64,000 bases of DNA, from contig OZ249439.1 in NCBI GenBank assembly GCA_965235115.1, positions 21,452,001-21,516,000 on the forward strand, written 5' to 3'. The notes beneath the pieces were generated by a model, which searched no databases, was not told where the DNA came from, and worked only from the letters and a program-made list of their open reading frames with translations. How positions within the stretch are numbered: position 1 is the first letter of the stretch; every line of letters starts with the position of its first letter. Source of the DNA: Laetmonice hystrix (taxonomy: Eukaryota). Below, in pieces: positions 1 to 12,500 of this stretch. The position numbers were made by a program, and so were the translations under genes.

Positions 1-204
1 ACTTGCTGTGTGGTCAGAAGTGCGGGTGAGTGCGCGCGCACCCCGACCTGTTCCGTTCATTGCGGGGTCAGCCCACAGCCAGACAGGGAGGGAGGGATCG
101 AGGACCATTAGTTGATGACTCCTGACTGATGGCTGTGGGTCTTCAATCCAGAATGAAACGGCTTCTGTGAAATGAGACGGGACACGTAACACCATGCAAC
201 TAAA

Positions 205-3200
205 ATGTGGAGTATCCAAGTGTTTCGATGGAACGGACTACGACTTCCCGTCCTCCTCGTAATCTTACTTCGTGTATGTGCGACGTCACTTTCTGAGCAA
301 GGTAAGTGTGCAAACATATGCGAACCAGTATGTGTGTGTGTAAGAGAGAGAGACAGAGACAGAGAGAGATAAGCATAAGCATATGTATAGGCGTCATACC
401 GTGGAAATCGGCTACTGTCATTCCCTTGCCTTGTTAAAGGCTAAGACTTGTCAAAAAACACATTTGGACTGCCGCAAGGCCTCCATATATACTAACTTTC
501 CACAGTAGTGTCTGGAAGTAAATGCCCCCCGTTCCAAGATTTCATAATGTCGAACATGCATGATATTCCCATCAAAGTCATGCTTCAGCAGTGCCGCCAT
601 TGCGATACTGTCCGTGAGTCCGTTGACGTCACAGTGTCTCATAGTTCCGGTATATCTCTATTTGCGCATGCGCATGCTGCTGTCTGCCAGCAAGCGAGCC
701 GACCGATTCTGAATTAATCGAGCCTGGGGTTGTGTTTCATTATGATGGAAAATTATTGGATAATTCACCTTAACTTTCATTCATGTTCACTTCAAGTTTC
801 CCCCCTACTTCAACCGAGGGTACCTTATAATGCCCCATAGAAGGACACTGGAATTGAATGCTGCTGTTGTGCCAGTTTGTGACCCTTTGACCCCAGTTGA
901 CATGGAGATGTAATTGTCGATAGAGACAGGTGATGCGGTGGTCGAATCGTCGAATTCCCCAGAGAAATCCCCTTGTCACAACATCGACGTTATTCGGAGA
1001 ATTGTGACAGACAGTCGCCTCAGTCATGTGGTAATTGTCAGTGAGGATGACAATACAGGTAGGTCTACTAAATGTTCACTGCCAACCAGTCATTGGCTCC
1101 TGATCACTTCATAACGTTTATGCAGGCCCCTAACATAACAATCCCCCTGAATTATTCTAGTAATCAATAGGACAGGTATTAGTGGGGGATTAAGGTACAT
1201 ATGTAGGCCTACTTAGGCTACATAAGTTTGGGTTGGGGGGCAAGCCTCCCTCGGCCCCCTGGCTACATCCCTGCGCCGCGATACCCCTAGACGTCCTTAG
1301 TGCTGCAACAATTACAGTAGAGCTAAAGTTATCCCACATGTATGTTTTAATATATATAGATGACTCTAGATTGGCGGAGGTACTGTGGGACCAGAGGAAG
1401 TTCTCGATGTCGTGCGACCTCTGGCGGTTACCTTTGACAACTCTCGTAAACACTGACCTATCGTCACTGACTACCATCAATATCATTGTTCTGTGTAACA
1501 ATTCCACGCTGCAGGTCTGCTACAAGTCTACTCATTCATCCACATTGATCCACTCAGTTTAATTGTCTGGGGCAAACAATGGGATTTACTGACACAAATG
1601 TTGGCTTTGGCCTTCGTTAACAAACCACTTGGCCATTTTACTTATAATGACAGGGGTCTGGACCCGGAAACAAATCGATCCGTTTGTTAGCTTGTCATTC
1701 TCCGTTAAAATCCGGCGGATCCTTCCTTGGTTACTCACTCTGTCCAATAAACATCGTTAAGCACATGGGAGCACAACTTAACTTTGGTTGCCATGTTTAG
1801 GTCTTTCAGACTAAAGTGCTTTTTATTTGTTTAAAGTTTCAATAATTCATCATCCGCATCAGTATAAAAAACTGAGTGAGGATGGTGTATATGTTTTGTT
1901 GTTGTTGACAGGACCTGCTGAAGTTTACAAGATCCAGCGGAGAGCCGTCAGAACAGTCCAATAATCTGGTCTCACCGGCCTACAATATATTAACTGTCAC
2001 TGACAGTTTACCGGAACACCTCCCCATGTATCCGACAACCACTCTTATCTCTATCACACGACATCAAGTGGTAACAGAAATATATTCTATTATGTGCATT
2101 CTACCTGTCTGTGTCATTCAGGTGGCTACCACACGGTGGTCCGTATGTACCAGGCATCCATATACCCGCGGGGAAGAACCCTAATCCCGTTATGTATTTG
2201 TATAGGAGCAAATTTCTATTTCCAGGTCCCCAGTCTTTTTACCAGAAATGATAGATCAAATTATTCATTATAACGTTGTGAAAATAAACTATATGCCGCC
2301 CCCAGTGTTATGTTGCGCAAAACTGCTCCTATTATCTGGAACGCTCGACTTACTATAACTCGAGCGCTCGACTTTTGTGATGTCCTTTCCCAACCACCAT
2401 ACTACGACATGAATTCCGGTTTCTTGTTTTTCTATCCTGCAGATGACTTTCCGCGGGTTTCATGGCTCAGGGAGTTATGAACTCTTTCGATGTGAGGGTG
2501 TCCACGAATGTTCCAGAATACAAGGACGAGACCTTCAGCTTGGAGGCCATCGTAAATTGGACCTGTTAGAAGAACGTTTCGGTGGCTTCAATGGGATGGA
2601 GTTACGAGTTGGGGTTGTCAGGGTAAAGACTTGCTTGAGATCGCTGGTCGGTATAAAGAAAACTTATAGGCCTACTCGTCTCAATATACAAGTACATTCC
2701 GTCCGTGATATTAGGCCTACGGGGGTGTCCGATGCTATTGATAGGTGGGGTAGGGGTGGTGGGTTACGGGAGCCTGAAGCCAGAAGCCGCCCATCTCTGG
2801 TCAGCCTATGCATTGACAGGTGCGGATCTAGTTATTGGGGGGGGGGGGGGGGTGCCCCCCCCCGCCCCCTTTTCTGACACCGCTGCATATTATCGGCAAT
2901 ATCCTGTGGGGTGTGCCTGAATGATGTGATCGCATGTCAAGAATAGACACCACCTGGGATGATCAATAAAATACGTTCACAGACCGTAACTGAATTTTTA
3001 AGCAGGTATCTCACAATACCTGCCAGTGGGCGTTACTGCATTTCGATTGTGTGTACTATGGTGTTTGCTCGTTCGTGTGAGACACCGCATACTGATATCA
3101 AATCCTCATTACAAACCCGATTTTCTTGGTAACCTAATATATCGGTAGATCTCACACCTGGTTGTTCTCCCAGCCCGATGTCTTATTCTTGTCCAATCAT

Positions 3201-6200
3201 TAAGCAATGACCACATTAATGGCAAAACATATTTTGATGCGTTCGGCGATAGGGCTATAGATACTCCAGAGACTTCAAGTAAAGAAAACCACTAATGTAC
3301 TTAGGAATTCGTTGTTGCAAACTATGACGTCACTTGATCTTTTTTCAGTACACTCCGTTTATTAAAGGAAAAATCACTTACTCGGGGATTTGCATAGAGC
3401 TTCTGGATTTCATTTCGAGGGCCCTGAACTTTACGTGAGTATAGTAGGCCTCTTCCTGCACCGCGATTTGTCCACGATTAATTCAACAGTTGATTTCTTG
3501 TTCCATCAAGTGCCGCTGAAAGTCAAACATCTTGTCGATAGGGTGTTTGTGATGGACAGGTAATTTCTCCAACCAGGTTTATTGTACATGAACAATAGTT
3601 TACAAAAGTTAATCCTTCTTGCAGGTGCAAATATGTGTACAGTGTGGACCGGAAATTTGGAGTATTGAAATCTGATGGCAAGTGGAACGGGCTCGTTGGC
3701 ATGATGCAACGCAAGGTAGGCCTGCAGCAATCAGCCGTGTTCGGGCTCGTGGCCCCATGTACGCCTTATAATGCCCTCAACTGGGTTACCAGGGTACGGG
3801 GCGAGGGCCGGGGGGGGGGGGGGGTCGTGGGAGTATTTCCAGGATTCAGTCACTAGTCGGACAAACAGTTTTACCCGAGCCTCCTCCTCGGCCCCCTCCC
3901 ATTAACGTGAGTTGAAACTTCAAGGGGTAGGCATATGCATGGAAACAATAGCGCGAGTAGATCTACGCCCCTGGTTACAGTTCAACGCTGTGTTTTTGAG
4001 AACAGGGGCGAAGAGTACAATAATATCTAACTTTGTGATATTGCAGGAGGTTGACATGATCGTGACAGGGTTGACGATCATAGCGTCCCGGGAGACAGTG
4101 GTAGACTTTACCGTGCCATTCTGGCAGGAGGAGTCGGTTGTCGTCCTCAACACCCCACCAGAGGGCAGCAGCTCGTGGCTGTATCTTTTTAAACCATTAC
4201 AGGTAATGTGTTAAATTTTCAGCTCAAGATATTTTGCTCTGAATTTCTGGAATCTGTAGGATGGGGAAAGCTTGACCTCTGATTAATATCTTACTGTGTT
4301 CACAGGGAACCGTCTGGTTGACGATTGGCATGTCGATAGGTGTCGCCACTGTCGCCTTATTCTTGGTTGAGCGCTTTCTGCCCATGACGTCAGGAGCAGG
4401 TCCTCGGAAACGCGTGTTATCTTTAGAACAAAGTCTGTGGTGTACAATATCAGCGTTTCTTAAACAAGGTAGCTAGGCCTAATTAATGTACAAACATATA
4501 TGTCATGAGCAAGAAATTATTCTCAACATCGGCTGAAGTCACTGGAAATAGGCCAACTGAACTTTATTTATTCTTTTACCGTGTAGGTCTGAAGGTCTTT
4601 CCGGGCTATTCGTCGGGGAGTGTGATTGTTGTCAGTATATGGTTCTGCTGCCTCGTGGTCGCAGCGACATATAGCGGCAATTTCATCGCGTCACTGACTG
4701 CGGTGCACACCCTGTCACTGTCAACAATAACTGACTTGGCGGACGATCCCAGTTACACAATTATTCTGAATGGTGGCGGTGTTCAACGTTTACTGTTACA
4801 GGCATGAACTCTTGAATTCTTTAGAATAGTTTCTACGGAAGACCGGTAGTGCCACACGATTATATTGTCTGAAATTTTCTCTCGGGCGGCCGCCAGATAA
4901 GTTATGTGGTTTATGATTATGGCGGCCGCCACAAAATGTGACGGCTGCCAGACAATTAAAAGAAAATGATTCCCCCAGTCGGTACATGGCCAGGCACATG
5001 CACATGCCGTGGATTTTTAGGCACTTTAGAAAAGATTTGAACACGATTGGTCACAAATCGTCAGGATCGGTCCGCTCGCTTGCTAGCAGACAGCAGCATG
5101 CGCATGCGCAAAGAGAGATAGACTGGAAATATAAGACACTGTGACGTCAACGGGCTTTCGGACAGTACCACAATGGCGGTGTTGCTGAAGCGGGTGATTT
5201 TTATGGAAATAGGTATCATGTTCGACATATGAATTCTGGGAAGAGGGGGGGGGGGATTTATTTTCAGACACTAAGTACTGTGGAAAGTTAGGCCTAAAGT
5301 ATAGCTGCGGTTAAAATGATTCTTAGACCTTAAATTATCTGCGGCCGCCAGATAAGTTTTCTGCCAGATAAGTTATCTGGCGGCCGCTAGATAATTTATG
5401 AACAGATATTATCAGCCGTATGGCACTAATGGTCTTCCGTAAGTTTCAGTGATACTGTTATACCATATAAATTCAATGTACCCCCTATACTATAGGCTTT
5501 AGTAGGCCTATTTCCAAATGCCCTTTCGGTTGTAGGCCTGTAGGACTATAGGGCGTCAGTTCCTGGACAGGTATAGCCGGCCCAGGCTTGGCTATAGGTC
5601 TAGAGAATAAAAGTAAGGGCACATGACGAAAAGATAGCAAATATAATAAATGTCCTCTTCATTAATTAAGTTAATTCGTTCCTATCGTTTAGGAATCCAA
5701 ACAAAGTGCGTTCAGCAAACTTTGGAAGAACATTATGTCAACATCAGACGTGTCCTTCGTGAAAACAACCAAGACCGGACTCAAGAAGATGTTAAACTTG
5801 ACAGACTCTCGAAAATACGCCGTCATTGGGGACTACTCATCCGTTCACACCAAGCTTGTCCGCGACTTCCCGGGCCGCTGTGACTGGCAGTATTTACAAG
5901 AGACATTTTTTCCTTCGGGGTTTGGAATAGGTCTACCAAACGGGTCCAGATATAAAAAATATTTTGATGAAGTGTGAGTAGGCCTATTACATAATCAGAG
6001 ATAACNNNNNNNNNNNNNNNNNNNNNNNNNNNNNNNNNNNNNNNNNNNNNNNNNNNNNNNNNNNNNNNNNNNNNNNNNNNNNNNNNNNNNNNNNNNNNNN
6101 NNNNNNNNNNNNNNNNNNNNNNNNNNNNNNNNNNNNNNNNNNNNNNNNNNNNNNNNNNNNNNNNNNNNNNNNNNNCATGTGATTCTGCGCCATTCAATTA

Positions 6201-6483
6201 AATAAAAAATGATGCGTTTAGGCCTCGGCATTTATTTTAATGTTTCTGCTTCTTCAGTGTTATGACAACTCGTGAAAGAGGTTTGATGGATAAATGGAAG
6301 GCGAATCACTGGCTGAAGGCAACATCATGTAGAAAGGACTCGTCTCCGATTGCTGATACAAGTGGCATCAGCCTCAACCAGACCAAGGCTCTGTTTGTTT
6401 TCCTTCTGATAGGGGCCGCGCTCTCTGGGGGTGTCTTTGTGCTGGAGATCCTATTAGCCAGGAAAAAATGTGACATGCATTGA
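205..6483 (+). CDS. Variant ionotropic glutamate receptor (IR-like), multi-exon, ~650 aa
   Basis: Phase-consistent exons: 205-301 (signal peptide-like MWSIQVFRWNGLRLPVLLVILLRVCATS), 930-1058, 1360-1514, 1912-2070 (extent uncertain, possible micro-exon 2122-2142), 2443-2622, 3349-3434 (YTPF..GICIELL), 3625-3715 (KFGV..GKWNGLVGMM), 4047-4202 (VDMIVTGLTIIASRETVVDFTVPF), 4306-4468 (M1/M2), 4587-4801 (M3 TYSGNFIASLT), 5693-5973 (S2, FGIGLPNGSRYK), 6258-6483 (M4, stop). Short N-terminus without a full ATD. Confidence 0.9.
494..712 (+). repeat. Dispersed repeat, copy 1 (IR intron 1)
   Basis: Roughly 80% identical by eye to the reverse complement of 5061-5289; both contain GCGCATGCGCATGCTGCTGTCTGC and GTTGACGTCACAGTGTC. 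Confidence 0.85.
4836..5439. mobile_element. Tc1/mariner-type MITE with TA target duplication; contains dispersed repeat copy 2 (5061-5289)
   Basis: TA|CGGAAGACCggTAGTGCCAcACG at left versus reverse complement TA|CGGAAGACCatTAGTGCCAtACG at right; subterminal TTATCTGGCGGCCGC motifs on both sides. Confidence 0.8.
6006..6175. other. Assembly gap (170 N) in the last IR intron
   Basis: Run of N; flanking exons splice in phase across it. Confidence 1.
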
Positions 6484-6882
6484 GTTTGCGCCAAGTAACA
6501 TAGGCTTAGGCCTAACGTTTTTCATTTGAGTGATAGGCCATCTAAGCTATAGATCTATATGTTTGAGGATTTGCTTGTGTGCAGACTTAAATTGTCCGTG
6601 CTTCGAGATAATTCATTGGCGGATAGGCTAATTAGCCTATGTTTCTCGGCTTCAACTCGAAACTTCTGCTTATTTTAGGCCATGCAGTAATTAATTCTTT
6701 CGAAGCCTCAGTTTGAAATGAAGATGAGACGGCATGACGAATTTGAATTAGTACAATAAAATGATTGTGAAAATGCAGTCTTTGCTAGGTTTATGAACAT
6801 CTCACATCGGAGAAACAAGTCACTTTGTTTGCAGGGCAAACACAGTTAGGCCTAGTCAGAGACCTGCACTCTAAGAACTTAA

Positions 6883-7374
6883 AGGTAATCGATCACCCTA
6901 CGACCGCCGAGTTTTGTCCCCATCTCCTACGAATCCGCGTAATTCAAGCTTACCTGATCTTGAATCTATCCCACTGGACTGATAAAACATTCTGTTGTAG
7001 CCATAACATTGTTGTGCTAGGTCTCTTGCTGATTATGAGCCACAATGAGGCGACACATCCCATATTTTACATCTCAATGGACAGAACCGAGAACGACCGC
7101 CGTTAGCTTTGTTAGGGCGGTTAATAAGCAACGGGATTGGGCGCATGCGTTACCTCGCACTGCTCCGCCCGCCCTCCCCCCATAATCCAAATAAGGGCAT
7201 GATTTGATTCGCGTGCTCTCGTCTCTAGCCAAATAGGTACGCTTAATTAATTAAAAATATTGTCGATATGGACGCGCCATAGTACCAGACTGCTAGAAAC
7301 CCCTTAAAATAATTGTTTTTATTCAAGTTTTGTTGAATTGACTGCGTTTATTTCAATTTCCGGACAGATTTCCT
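6883..7374. mobile_element. Possible Kolobok-like non-autonomous DNA element
   Basis: TTAA at 6879-6882 and 7375-7378; imperfect termini AGGtAATCgaTC and (reverse complement) AGGaAATCtgTC. Confidence 0.45.
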
Positions 7375-8182
7375 TTAAGAGTTTCAGGGAGCTCGTAAAG
7401 AGTTGCGTGCAACTCTTTCAAACAACCTGTAGACATGGCGACTGCTCTTTTAGCCGACATTATTTAACTATTTATAACTTTCTAAAAAGCAGAAATCTCA
7501 ACACCGTAAAAGAGTTATGTCATGACTGTTTCCTGAGTTTGCAGCGATCTCGATGAAGGGGTTCGGATGACACTTGAGGGGTAGACTCTATTTACCTACC
7601 CTTTCTTGGGGGTAAATTTTCACTTCAAAATAGGCCTAGATCTAACTCTTCTTCTCTCCTTGCTGCATGGAACCTTTCTCCCAGAAAGTTCCCCCCGAAA
7701 TACCCTGTGTGTTACATACTGATTTGGTTGAAAAGTAGCTTTCAAGAATCTTTGTCCTTTCTGAAAATTATTGATGTAGACTCTGAGTGCGTCCATTTTG
7801 GTATCGCACAAATTCGACTGGTCTTGTTTTAACAACTCACCTGAAAATGAAAAGAAAATATTTATTTTCCTTGAAAATATCAACAAAGAAAAATGTGTAG
7901 ATTTTTGTGGGCCACCCTGTATATGGCAGGGGTCGATTTTAGATTCTAGGCTACAGGTTTTTAAAATGGTGGGGGGGGGGGGGGGGGGTTAGTGTAAATA
8001 TAGGCTAGGTCTAGTAGGCCTACATGGAACTCGGTGAAAGTAGCCTAACACAACTCTTTGAAAGCGTGGATTTACAATTCTTTAATTTTTAGAGTGCATT
8101 TATGCTAATATTAAACTCCACATCAATTGTGACAATGTGCCCTGGCGACGGGGTCATTTGTTACACACCACCGGGGGCATGT

Positions 8183-8357
8183 CAGGGGCGTAGCCAAGAT
8201 TTTCTGAAGGGGGGGGGCGAGATCCGCGACACACTTTTTAAACACCATATATTGGTGTTGGTATAATGAAAGTTCAATCTTTACTGGGGTAAGTTTGATT
8301 GGTGGGGGGCAAGACCCCCTTCCCCCCCCCCCGGCTATAGGCTAGGCCCTACCCCTG
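8183..8357. mobile_element. Short MITE of the CAGGGGCGTAGCC family with poly-G/poly-C tracts
   Basis: Left CAGGGGCGTAGCC, right degenerate CTACCCCTG; related to 56147-56550. Confidence 0.55.
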
Positions 8358-8427
8358 AATGTTGTTAGGCTACCTACTTGTAAAAAAAGGGGCCTAGGCC
8401 TAGCAGTCGTCTTCATGGTCTGGATCA

Positions 8428-8479
8428 CCAGACCCTTTTTCCCGCTAGAGGCCGCTCGTCGCTCGAAAAAAGGGTCTGG
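8428..8479. repeat. Small hairpin, 13-bp perfect inverted repeat (MITE-like)
   Basis: CCAGACCCTTTTT ... AAAAGGGTCTGG arms at 8428-8440 and 8467-8479. Confidence 0.75.
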
Positions 8480-9508
8480 ACGCAAAGACTACCCTCAGCC
8501 CCCTGACGGAGTGGACTGGTACTATAAGGCCAAGGTTCCTCCCGTGGCCACCAGAGCTGCATCACTATTTTGTGGTCTTCCCCAGAGGGCGCTACAATAA
8601 GTAGGTCGTAGGTTGGCTGAGCACTACGACTGCAACGATCGGTGGCTGTATGAGTCTTCTCGTCGGCCCCAGGTTCAACCGTTCTTTTTCTATTCTTTGG
8701 TGATGCACAGGGAGAGCCAGGTGTGTGGATCTGTCAAATTGAATCCTGCCACATAATTAGATTTCAGGTACCCCCGGTAAACAGTTGTCACGCCGCCACT
8801 GAGCAGGCTTACCACTGTACCAGCTTACCACCATTCGGCACCAGTCCAGTGTGGGCATTCTTTAGCACACTCTGAGACTCTCGCAGTGTCTCAGCTTTCA
8901 GTTTCAGCAACACGCTACTCTGAGCAAGTGACATGCTACCAAAACTATTAACTAGTCAAAATTTGAAACTTGAAATCGATTATTATTTTTCAAGTTTTTC
9001 TCTGTGCTGTGCATACTTTCCAACCTCTGGCCCAGTCTGGGGCGTGTGAAATATGGGGGGGGGGGGGGGGGGTCTGGTTGGCAGCCTCATCACATCAGGC
9101 ACGTGTTTCAGGACATCTGGGGCTTTCTCTGGTGTATTTTTGGATCATCTTTATCCCTTCAGCTTTCAGGGGCCTATGCAGTCCAAACCCCTGGCTATTA
9201 TTAACTTAGAGGCACAGCTTGTCATTTTACCTGTGGTAGGACTTTATTTCTATCCTTGAGAGGTCCCTGTATATTACATACCAGTACCGTACATATGAAG
9301 TTGGTTCTTGACTTCTTGTTGATTATTCGTGGTGGCTGTCGATGGTCCAACCACTGGTTGTATCAAGGTACTGTTCACACTCACATGTATTCAAGTATTG
9401 GTGTAGGCTCCCTATGCCTAATAGTCGTACTTTACGACAAGTTATATTTTTACCATTTTGTTTTTGTCTTCCAGAATTTCTAGCTCTTGATGTTCCTTGG
9501 AAGCACTG

Positions 9509-12500
9509 ATGTTGAAGCGCAGTAACATCGCCATGTTGGTTTCAGTTCAGGCTATTATTTTACTGGTGCAGTTCTTCATCTTCTACCCCTGCCTTCAGGG
9601 GGCTTCATCAGAGGGCATCGAGAGGGTCCAGTCTCCAGTGAAACACGGCCGAGTGAAACGCAGCTTACGAGCTGAAAAGGATCAGGCTCCCAAGCCATTT
9701 GCTGTTCGTGCACAAAACGTTCTTGTCAAAGGAACCCTCCTTGACAAGCCAGCACCAGAACGTTACGAACCAACATGGGAGTCTCTGGAGAGGCGGCCAA
9801 TACCGCAGTGGTATGATGACGCAAAGATTGGAATCTTCATCCATTGGGGTGTGTTCTCCGTGCCAAGTTTTGTTGGAGTTGGTACAAACGGCCTGGCAGA
9901 GTGGTTTTGGTATTATTGGCGTACAGGAGAGGAGTCAGGAGTTTTTCACACCAAGGGAGCTATTGAAAGTGTGAAGAAGTTTGTAAAGGAAAATTACCCA
10001 CCAGATTTCCGATATGCTGACCTGGCTTCACAGTTCACCGCAGAATTCTTCGACCCAGCTCACTGGGCAGACATCTTTCAGAGTTCTGGCGCAAAGTAAG
10101 TGCATCAGAACTGTCTAATTTGATTTTTCTACCCCTCACTGTTGATTATGTATACTGTATCATGTATGGCATTGATGTTCTGATGTGGTTACAGGTATGT
10201 AGTTCTCACGTCAAAACATCATGATGGCTATGCACTGTGGCCGTCCAAGAAGTCCTGGAACTGGAATTCTATGGATGTTGGCCCACATAGAGACCTAGTA
10301 GGTAAGTGTATGTGTGACAAGTCATTCTTTCAGATTTATCTATGGACATTCTACGTAACAAACTATTTTGAAGCATGGCCCATTAATGATGCTTTTTTAA
10401 TAATCTAAAGGTGACCTTGGAAAGGCTATACGATCGAAGACAAACCTCCACTATGGCCTTTATCACTCCATATTTGAGTGGTACAACCCCACTTACCTGG
10501 AAGATGAGAAAAGTGGCTTCACAACGCAGAACTATGTTAAGGTAAGTAGTTGATTGTTTGGGTTTTCTCAATCTTAATCTCCCTGGTATTCCAGGCTGCC
10601 CCAGCATGGTCACTGCAGTTAAATTCATATTTCATATTTAACATATTTCAGTTTTGAGCATTTCAGTCAGCCATATGCCAGCAGCCATCAGCAGGTTTTA
10701 AACTTGGCGACATACCGCACCTGATTGACCCATACTGTTCTCCACTGTGGCAGGACTTAGAACAAGCTGTGGATTTTTGTTTTAGAACAAGCTTCATCCA
10801 GAGTTGAAGGACCTGGTTGTGACTTACAAACCTGACATTGTCTGGGCAGATGGTGACTGGGTGGCCCCCTGCAAGTACTTTAACTGTACCGAGTTCCTGG
10901 CCTGGCTCTACAATGACAGGTAAATATTAGAGGAGTTTTTCACTTCTATTGCTGCCTTACTACCCAACATCACAATATTACGGTAAAAATCAGTTCTTTG
11001 GTGAGCAAATCTAAGAACAGTGAACATTGATACTTGATGACGATGGTAAGTTTGGCAACTCTGTATGTCAGTTGAAGGAAAAAGTAGGCCAGCAATACGT
11101 GAAAAATCTTTGAAAGGCATTTCACAGCAATTTGGTAGTTTACTAAACCTGAGTTTCTTAGCACCCTTCTGAAAATAGTGAAATTAGGGTAACTTCCCTC
11201 CAGCTGTGGCATTCTATGAAATAAAATGCCCTTGAATGAAGTTTGCCTACATGTATAGAAAAGATGTTATGCTGGCTGACATTTGTTTTCTAGTCCAGTG
11301 AAGGATACAGTGGTGACCAATGACAGGTGGGGGAAGGAGGTATCGTGTCATCATGGTGGTTACCTTACCTGTAGCGATCGATACAACCCAGGTAATAAGA
11401 TCTTTTTCTCTCTTTTTTTACTCCTATTTGATTGTTGGTATCTGGGCAGAGTCATACATGGAAACTGTCGCTGTTTGTGCCAATGTGCTTAAGTTGTAAG
11501 CTGGTTATTATTTTCTAAGGTAAAAAGCAGGCGAGAAAGTGGGAAAACTGTATGACGATTGATCGTGAGTCGTGGGGATACCGACGTAATGCTGTCCTGA
11601 AGGATTACTACACCATGGAGGGACTACTTGCACTGCTGGCAGAAACCATCAGGTAGAGACGTTATATTGATAATAAAATCTAGGCTGCATGTATTGGCAG
11701 ATGGATGACGGAATGTAGTGAAAACCCGTGGGGAGTTAGGCCTGTAATGCACAGGTCACATTAATTGGAACACAAGCGCTAATAATGTTCTAACTCTTTT
11801 TTTCGCTGTGAAGATGGCCTTAGATGTAGAGATGGCATAAAACCATCAATACTCACTCATGTTCTGACAGACAATCGAGTCAGAAATCTTGTGTTAGAGC
11901 TGAGATTGGACATCCAGAGTTCCGATGTGATTTAAGAATTGTTAGTTAAGTGTGGGAATGTTTTAGGTGTAGGTATAGGCCAGACAGGTGTACAATGACA
12001 TTTGATGAGGGGAAATAATTATGTTAGTTTGATTTCAAACTGTTGGCTTTCGGAAGATTGCATCATGTTAAATGTGTGGTGAAAAGATATCGTTGTTCCT
12101 CTCTTTTTCTTCTCAGCTATGGCGGGAACCTGTTGATGAACATAGGCCCCACAGCAGATGGCCGCATCTTGCCGATATATGAGGAGCGTTTCGGACAGAT
12201 GGGCAGCTGGTTAAAGGTCAATGGAGAGGGTATCTACGGCACACACATGTGGCACACTCCCAAAGATACGGCCTCGCAGAAAGTCTAGTAAGTAATGATA
12301 ATAAATTATTGTTTGAATTTGCATAGATCGATGAACATATTAGGGTTTCAGGAGAAATGTAGTTTTTGGTAAAGATAATAAAATAAAGGAAAGAGAACTA
12401 GACTGGTTGAGATCTTGATTTGTCATGATAATAAATTACATACATAGTGGAAAAAATAAAAACTTGATCTTTACAAACCTTGATCGAAAATAATGGAAGT

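Noticed and set aside
7715-7850. Exon-like segment on minus (MDALRVYINNFQKGQRFLKATFQPN) with acceptor and donor
   Set aside because: No partner exons or recognisable family; not supportable without RNA data.
10480-10541. Suspected frameshift in fucosidase A exon 3 (NPT instead of NPL)
   Set aside because: AAC CCC ACT TAC CTG reads [12 protein letters not shown] in frame; it is a substitution.
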